Positions 56,216-64,000 of a stretch of DNA of 64,000 nucleotides are shown piece by piece. The stretch covers positions 14,384,001 to 14,448,000 of the forward strand of contig CM022678.1 in assembly GCA_012295275.1 (NCBI GenBank). The letters are read 5' to 3'. The DNA is from Chrysomallon squamiferum. Its lineage: Eukaryota > Animalia > Mollusca. Every line of letters starts with the position of its first letter. Position 1 is the first letter of the stretch. The notes below the pieces were generated by a model, which searched no databases, was not told where the DNA came from, and was given only the letters and a program-made list of their open reading frames with translations. Made by a program: the position numbers and the translations under genes.

Positions 56216-59200
56216 ATGTTGTCACTCAGGTTATATTCTTTTGTATTCCTTATTTATTTATTTTCTTTAATTTATAATTTGATAAATGTTCCAGAAATTA
56301 AATCTGGACGGAATTATGGTGGAAAACTGAAGTATCTGACGGTCTGGAATATGGTAAGATCTAAAGTTCAAGCGTGGCTTAACCGGCTTAAAGTCGATAA
56401 AAAGCAGTCCTTAATCATGATTAATCTGAATTAATTGAATAGTCGAGTAAATTAAGTAAATTTAGAACGTTAACATTTCAAAACCGACGCATTATAACCG
56501 CATAATTAGTTGAAAGAAAAAAATTCAATATTTTAGATGTATTAACAAAAACATTTGTTATACATATATATATATTTTTAAAAACCGCTTAATCGCCTCA
56601 AGAGAGATGTTTAATTTTTAGCATACACACATTTTTATGTGACATAACAGAACGAAAAAAAGAAAAGAAAAAATAATTATTTTATAATTTTAGATAGATG
56701 GAGTACCTGAAAAATAAGTTTGCATTACAAAACGATTGCACAAAGAAATTTTATTAATTATTAGGTAATGTTAACTATAAAAAAAAAGAAGAAAAAAAAA
56801 GCCAGTGATATAAAATATGGGCAAGTTTAAACTGTGGGACTGAAACATACATTTCTTTAGTTTTACAATAATTATTAATAATGTAACATTATAAGTAAAA
56901 AATAATTAATTCGATTATGATATATATTTAAATAGATTTCAGTGGTTAATGTGTATTTAATGTTTTGCATTATATTGCAGCAATTATTTGTTTAACATAA
57001 AACCTATTTCACTTTATGCATGCTTCAGTAGTTGTTTAAATATTTCAAAGTTTTAAATTAATTTTGGTAGTTTTGTTACTTCTTTAATATCAAATATGGT
57101 AATATATTAAAGAAAAACAATTCCATTATGCATAAAATTAACAACATAAAAATAATGTTCAGTATTTATTAGATTATTTTTCTGCTTTCTGTATTTTTCA
57201 GATACTTCAGACATTTTACTTTGGATTGTGCACAGTAAATGCTGCATTTGGAAGCAATGTGGGTGTGTCTGGAAATCCTAGAACAAGAGCCAAACTGCAG
57301 CAACTGAGAGATTATCTTCACAGTACTCTTGTTTTTCCTGTTGGCGCAGTAAGTATGCCAGCACTTAACACTGCACTGTACACATATCTAATATAAAAAT
57401 TATTATATTTTTTGAAAAGACTGTTTTATTTTTACTTAATGATAAATATATTAAACTTTAAAAAAAAATTCTTGATATTGATATATACAAAAATAAAGCT
57501 ATTTTATGAAATATAAATGAAAATGAAAGAATATATATACTTTTTTTTTTAACTTTCTCTCACTCAACACGTTTTCCTGTGAATAACATTCATGTTTTCA
57601 GAAATTAATTTTTATTGATATTTTAGTTTGTAGTGATAATATTTTGGGCTATCTATGCTTTTGATCGAGAACTGGTTTATCCTGCAAGATTAGACGCAGT
57701 GATTCCACGCTGGTTGAATCATGTCATGGTAAGCAGCTAGTGCCTTAATTTTGATTACTTCCATTTCTTTAACATAGCTCTGTGTGTGTGTGTGTGTGTG
57801 TGTGTGTTTGAATGAGTGTGTTTGCGTGTGTTATTAATTTTGTTTAGAATTTAGTTTTTTTCAATAATTTAAATTAATCCTAGTTTGCTTAAAATAAATC
57901 GGTAATAAATATAATTCTGTCAATTATTTACAGAGTATTTTCTATAATTTGCATTTTGAAAAGTTAATTTTTTAATTTATAATTGTATACAATTTGAAAA
58001 AAAGTGTTCAAGAAGTTCTTAAGTCACAAACTTTTATTAATTTACTATTAGTAGAAAAAAAAGTTTGAAAAATATATATATATATATATCTTTTTTTTTT
58101 TTAACAAAATTAAAATTAATTGTGTAGATAAATAATTAAATAAATAAAATAGTTACTTTTTGTTTTACTGCTTTGGTCCCAGGAAAGAAAATAATGTATT
58201 ACATGTTCAGTCTGCCTGAGACCCTTGGCAAGGTTTAAATAATGTGATGCCTGTTATTTCAACAGTATTGTGACTTAAGTACTTTCAAGCAGGTTCAGAA
58301 GCCCAGTTTGTTAATGGCATGTTTAGTAGTGAGACATTAAAATAATTAACTTTCCTTTGCTGATGCTGATTTAAGAAGACATGGATGAATCAATGATGTT
58401 TGTTTATTTTTGCAGCATACGACAGTATTGCCAATCTTACTTGTAGAAAAGACTCTGGTTTATCATCATTTACCCCCAAGGAGGAAAGCTATTTTAGGCT
58501 TGGTCATTTTCACGGCAGTTTATTTTGCATGGTAATTCAAACATAATGAAACACAATTCATTTTGCTAACAAAAAAGTGGAAAATATGGATTCTATATTT
58601 AAAAAAAGATAAAAATAAAAACAGAAATAATACAAAGAAATTTTTAGTTAGGTGTTAATATTTAATTTAAAGATATATTTTCTACTTTTCTAATTTTCTT
58701 AACATTGATTTTATTTTTATCGTCTCTTAAAAAAGTTAGATACCTGTTAATTTATTAAATTTATTTTCTGTTTAAAAATCACACATATGTATATAACAGA
58801 CCATTTTAAAAAACAAAAATCAGTTTTAAAACTATGTATCTGAGGATACAGATATTTATCACTTGAGATAAACAATTTTTAAAAATTGACTTTACATACT
58901 AACTCAGATTAATTATGATTAAGGACTGCTTTTTATCGACTTTAAGCCGGTTAAGCCACGCTTGAACTTTAGATCTTACCATATTCCAGATTGTCAGATA
59001 CTTCAGTTTTCCACCATAATTCCATCCAGATTTAATTTCCGGAACATTTATCAAATTATAAATTAAAGAAAATAAGTAAATAAGGAATACAAAAAAATAA
59101 TCTTGTGTCATTAACATAAGGGAATGACTCAGTAGCTGGAACATATAGGTGTGTTGCACTGAGTCAAAAGAAAATATTTTTACACACTTTGTTTTAACCT

Positions 59201-60851
59201 GTGAATCACAAATAAAATGTTATGAAGAAAGTAAACAGATTGAATAACAATCCAGACAGTCTTACCAATATATATTTTTTTTATTAGTTTTCTTGTTAAA
59301 CTTTTTATTTAAATTAATCTTCAGTTTTTCTGTTGACAGATTTCTCATAGATACTGATAGCAGTAATATTAATTTTCACTTCTAAAATAGTGTAATCAGA
59401 ATAGATTTAAAAAAATGAATATTTACTATTTATTATTATTTGACAGACAGTGACAACATACTAAACCTGGTTGTGTTTTGAATTTACTGATCATTATAAA
59501 TCAAGTGACCACTTGTTCTGCTTAGCTATCAATTCTTCACTGCATATTCTGTAAACTGATAATATTGCAAATGTTTAAAAAAATATAAATGTAATAATAA
59601 ATAAACCAAAAATATTTTCTTAACTTTACTGTTTCCAAAATATTATATTTCAGTTTTTATTAAATAAAGTGAAAACAATGGGTTTTTTGGATTGTTTTTT
59701 TTGGAGGGGGAGTTGGTTAAAGCTGGTTTCATTAGTAAAGCATCCCTTTACAATTCAAAGGTGCTCACATAATACATACGTGATGATCTTACTTTGAGGA
59801 ATAATATTAAATAAAAACACTTAAACTATATGAATTGCACCTGTAAAATGCTTCTGTTTGATAGATTGTAAAGTAAATACAGTTTTAGACATGTTAATTT
59901 TATCAAAAAATGTGTTTCTGTTTGAGACTGTTAATTGTCTCTGAAGTGTTTTGTTACTATTGTAGGATCATGTGGATAGCTTACTATGCTGATCTGTGGG
60001 TTTACGGAATTCTTCGAGTGATGGAAGTTTACCAGAGAGCAATATTTATTTCATTTTGCCTCATGTTCTTCATCTCTGCATATATTCTTGGTGAATCTCT
60101 AACAAAATTTATATGGAGTGAGTCATATTTATAATTACTAAATAACTGAATATGTAAATTGTTTTTTGAGTATTGTTTGTAATGAGATGCAACCATAAAT
60201 ATGTATAATTGTAATCAGTTTGGTATATACAACATTTTGGTAAAGTAAATAAGCAAACGATACACAATGACTTGTTAATCTTTAATTATACAGAAAATAA
60301 ACTGTTCATTTTAAAAGAATGACCTCTCAAACTCTGCCATGGCTAGGTCTTAGTTGTAGTATACAGTGTTTTCCTACCAGTGTCTACAAGATTGCTAAGT
60401 AGGTTTTTGTCTCAGTCTATATAGATTATTTTTCAAAATTACCCTCATTTGCTTGCTTTGAGATTACAAGTATGGAAGTTTACCAGAGAGCAATATTGTC
60501 TGTTATTAATTCATTAATACATTATTTTGAATTCTTGTTTTTGTTTTGTTATTTGAATGAGTACTGGCAAATATGAACACGTCTGTGTTTTAAAAGTGAT
60601 CACATTGTTAAGTTTTATTATGAATTCAGTTTTGTGAATGACTTTTTCTTATGACAACTTAATACATTTATACTTTTCATTAACGTTTTAGTATTGAAGC
60701 AAATTTAAAGAGACTTGTGGTAATAAATACTATTAGGAATGGTTAAAAGATTTCTCTTTTCTTTTTATTTATTTATTTATTTATTTTTCCTTTTTTAGGA
60801 AATGAGATTTATTCAACAGTTAAGAAGGATGGTCAAAGAAGTATTAGGTAA
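56216..60851 (+). CDS. Androgen-induced gene 1 / ADTRP (FAR-17a) family transmembrane Thr hydrolase, 235 aa
   Basis: Exons: 56216-56353 (1b), 57202-57348, 57627-57728, 58416-58531, 59966-60117, 60799-60851 (708 nt). Motifs: [14 protein letters not shown]...[46 protein letters not shown]. The catalytic Thr and His of the family are retained. Confidence 0.93.
58900..59099 (-). repeat. Inverted 200-bp copy of 56234-56433 (most of exon 1b plus 80 nt of the following intron) inside intron 4 of the same gene
   Basis: Manual alignment shows no indels and 8 mismatches (~96% identity). The copy lacks the ATG-containing first codons. Confidence 0.95.
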
Positions 60852-63800
60852 AGTTATTAACACCAGAGACAAAATCTACAGCAGGTGTGAGTCTCTGACT
60901 GGCAACACTCAATGCATGATGGGAGCTCCAGGAGATTTACAATAAAAGTCAAATACAAACATTATTATCAGTTTTATTATTTCCAAAATCTTTTTCACTA
61001 ACAGTATTTAAACAAGAATTTAGTGTTTTTAATTTTGATTTTAATGAGTTTGAAACAAATAATTAATCGAATTGTTATTTGCTTTATTTTTTAAATTAAT
61101 TAATTTAACTAAGTTTTTAAAACTGATATCCTTTATTATATTAATATGCAGTTCTAGATTATAGATAACAGTAACCTTTATGTAGCTTTGTTAGCTTAAA
61201 CCATAATGATGGAATAGGTGAATCTTTTTCACTGAAGTCATCATTAAATTTGTTGCTTTTATTAAGTCTTTAAGTTTGTAAATAAGCTGGAAATGTTAAA
61301 TTGACAGGGTCTTCAAACAGTGCTGTTTGTATTCTGTGATATTTTATTTTGCATTAATGAACAAATAAAATTGGTTTTAAAACATTTACAGAAGTGCCTG
61401 GTATTATTTTCATTTCCTTGTGTAGGTGTATAGGAACACACTTTGGATGTATTAAATTATAGTTGAATTGCCAGTTAATGAATGAAATCTAATTTATGCT
61501 AAATATGTTTTTAAATGTTTTTATATTTTTTTTTTCTGCATATATATTATGTCACAAACCTTTTGGGAATAATTACAAAGAATAGAGTGAGAAAAATCTA
61601 CCTGTCTGATAATAGATAAAATTCTTTATTTTTTGTATTTTTTTATTTTCTTTATATATCTGGGTTTTTTTTAAACAGCTGAAATCCAGATAGATTTGAA
61701 TAAAGAAATATGGATACTGTAGAACATTTAAATCTGGGATGCTTTTTAATAATGTATTACTGCAAAATCTAAGATTTGTAAATATATTTCTGCAATGGAA
61801 TAAACCATAAACAAAATAATCTTTTTCTTTTTTCTGTGCAGATTTTGCAAATATAAACCAAATTCTACAGTAAAAAAAACTTAAAAATAACTTTCTGATG
61901 TTTATAATGTAAAATACCTATTTCCTAACTTCACTAGTTATTTGTACCAGATTGTAAGTAGTAACTTGTCTTCAGCTTCCAAAAGCATGACAACATATAA
62001 CAAAAAATATATTTTAAGATACTTTTATTTTATTCTGACCATATTTGATAACAGTCATACATTATATTGCATAATTATTACCATTACAGCAAAACACAAT
62101 CAGTGTAAAAATTGTTTTACATGATGTCTGAGAAAAAGACTTCCAGCAGAAACATACTTTAGTAAACTCAACAAATGTTATGACAGAGGATGATACAAAA
62201 CATAATGAAGATTTTTTACTTTAATTTTTTATTAAGGAATATTTTAAAACGTTGAACACATCAGAATATCGTCATCACTGAAGAAATACTCCTTTCGCGT
62301 TTTACTGGCCTAAATAATGAAACTTACAAATTACAGTATTCTTTTATCTCTTATCTTTATTTGTTCATGATAGCAAAACATATTCTGCTTTCTAATGTTC
62401 TCAAAACGGCTAAAGTGCAGATTAAAATTGTTAATTTACTTGCAAATTTATTCTCTGTAAACAGAAGATTGCTGGAGAAAATTAACTCCTTTATATCTGA
62501 GATTATTGAACAGTTAATATTATTAAAGAAAACATATCCAACCATGTTTACACGTAAAAATAGTAAGAACATTTTAGCAGAAATTGTTGAAAAAGAAAAC
62601 AAGTGGAAAAAAGAGAAGTTAATACTTGATTTCTATTTATTACTGAAAATTTAATTTAAAAAAGTTCACACCCTTCTCCGATCAAAGTATATCAAAATTC
62701 AAAGGATTTGCATGTAAACCAAAACATTTATTACATATTAATTTGGTAAATTTAAAGAGCACCTTCATATATATCAGTATTAAGTAATTATTATTAACAT
62801 TTCATCTATATCAAATAAAAATTAATGTGCAAGTTACTCTAAAACTGTATTTTTTTTCTAAATTATTGAAGTTTTGTTTAGGCAAAATTTATTATTAAAG
62901 TTTATGAACATAGAACATGATTTTATGTTTATAAAGACTGAGAGACTAATTCTATTTTTCTGAATCAAGAAAAAACCTGCTGATGTCACTAGATATTTAT
63001 GTCAAACTTGATACCTTTTTTCTGATAAAATATGAGAACTTGAATGATGAATCAGTGAAATAATATTTAAGTTAGTTCAATTAATGACAATAAAATTGGT
63101 ACCAGTAATATTTCTTTTATGTTTATATAAAGAGCTGTCCAGACAATTTACACTAACCTTTACTGACAATAAAGTTCAACTATACTAATGCTGTTGAAGT
63201 ACAAAGCTGCCATTTTCTGTCCTTAAATAAAATACAATTGTTGATTTTTAAAACATAATAAATAAATAATAAAGACACCTTTTTGACACTGAAACAAAGG
63301 GTGATGTAATGTTTCAAATAAACATTATGTAATCATGTCAACAAAACATATCTGATATTTTAAATGCATAAAAATTATAAGACTTCTAAAACTACATAAA
63401 TTGGAAATATACAGATGTTTAATCAAATATTGATAATCAGTGCTCCAAGTAAGAACACTGAATGTGTTTTATGTTTTAAGGTAATTAAATAATTTCACTT
63501 ACATGCAAAGAATGGAATGATACAACTGAAAAGAAATGGTCCCAAATTATTCAAAAGTTGATATTAGTTGTTCAGCATAAATGAACTAAATGCATTTTGT
63601 GTATCTTGAAATTACCATTTTATTATGTTACTAAGGATATTAACTAATAAAATATCATCATAACATTCATAAGGATGCATGGAGACTGACAATAAAAATG
63701 TGGAAAAGAACTTAATTCAAAAGTTAATCCCAATTCTAAGCCAATTAATTCTAGCTGGTATAGTTCACACTTCTGGAAAATATGCACAATGGAAAATATG

Positions 63801-64000
63801 CATCCTAATGAACTTATATTTTATTTATTTCGATACTTTACTATTAGTAAAGATTACTCATTAGCAACATTAAAACAATAGTATGTATTTGCATGCATGT
63901 GTATGTGATATTAATAATCATAAAAGAGTAAAACTGCAGTTTAAAAACTGGTAGTTTTATAAATATTCTTTAAATGATCTGTCCAGAATTAAAATGCATC

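Noticed and set aside
58899-59159. 86-aa minus-strand ORF resembling a second AIG1-like gene
   Set aside because: It is a partial inverted copy of exon 1b plus intron sequence, without the original ATG or any downstream exons on that strand.
62357-62654. Overlapping 81/97-aa ORFs near the window end
   Set aside because: AT-rich, with no recognisable motif or convincing splice sites.

Overview
This is an AT-rich, microsatellite-rich, intron-containing animal genomic window, probably from a mollusc or other lophotrochozoan (inferred from the genes and composition, not proven). I built gene models by hand from GT-AG junctions. In order: the 5' part of TSEN2 (-) with a 902-bp Buster/hAT deletion derivative just upstream; NAPRT (+, 14 coding exons, with an apparent +1 frameshift just before the RLDSGD motif); an unrecognised ~395-aa gene (-) made of ~18 short exons joined entirely by phase-0 introns and expanded by exon-pair duplications; MPEG1/perforin-2 (-) with an immune-type upstream region; a compact GEN1 resolvase (+); a secreted, divergent PEBP (+); and an AIG1/ADTRP-family hydrolase (+). 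The last gene has two alternative 138-nt first exons, each carrying the catalytic Thr, plus a 200-bp inverted copy of one of them in intron 4. The strongest novelty candidates are the all-phase-0 modular exon gene and the AIG1/ADTRP alternative-exon/inverted-repeat architecture. No rRNA, tRNA or CRISPR was seen. All models are manual and lack transcript support.
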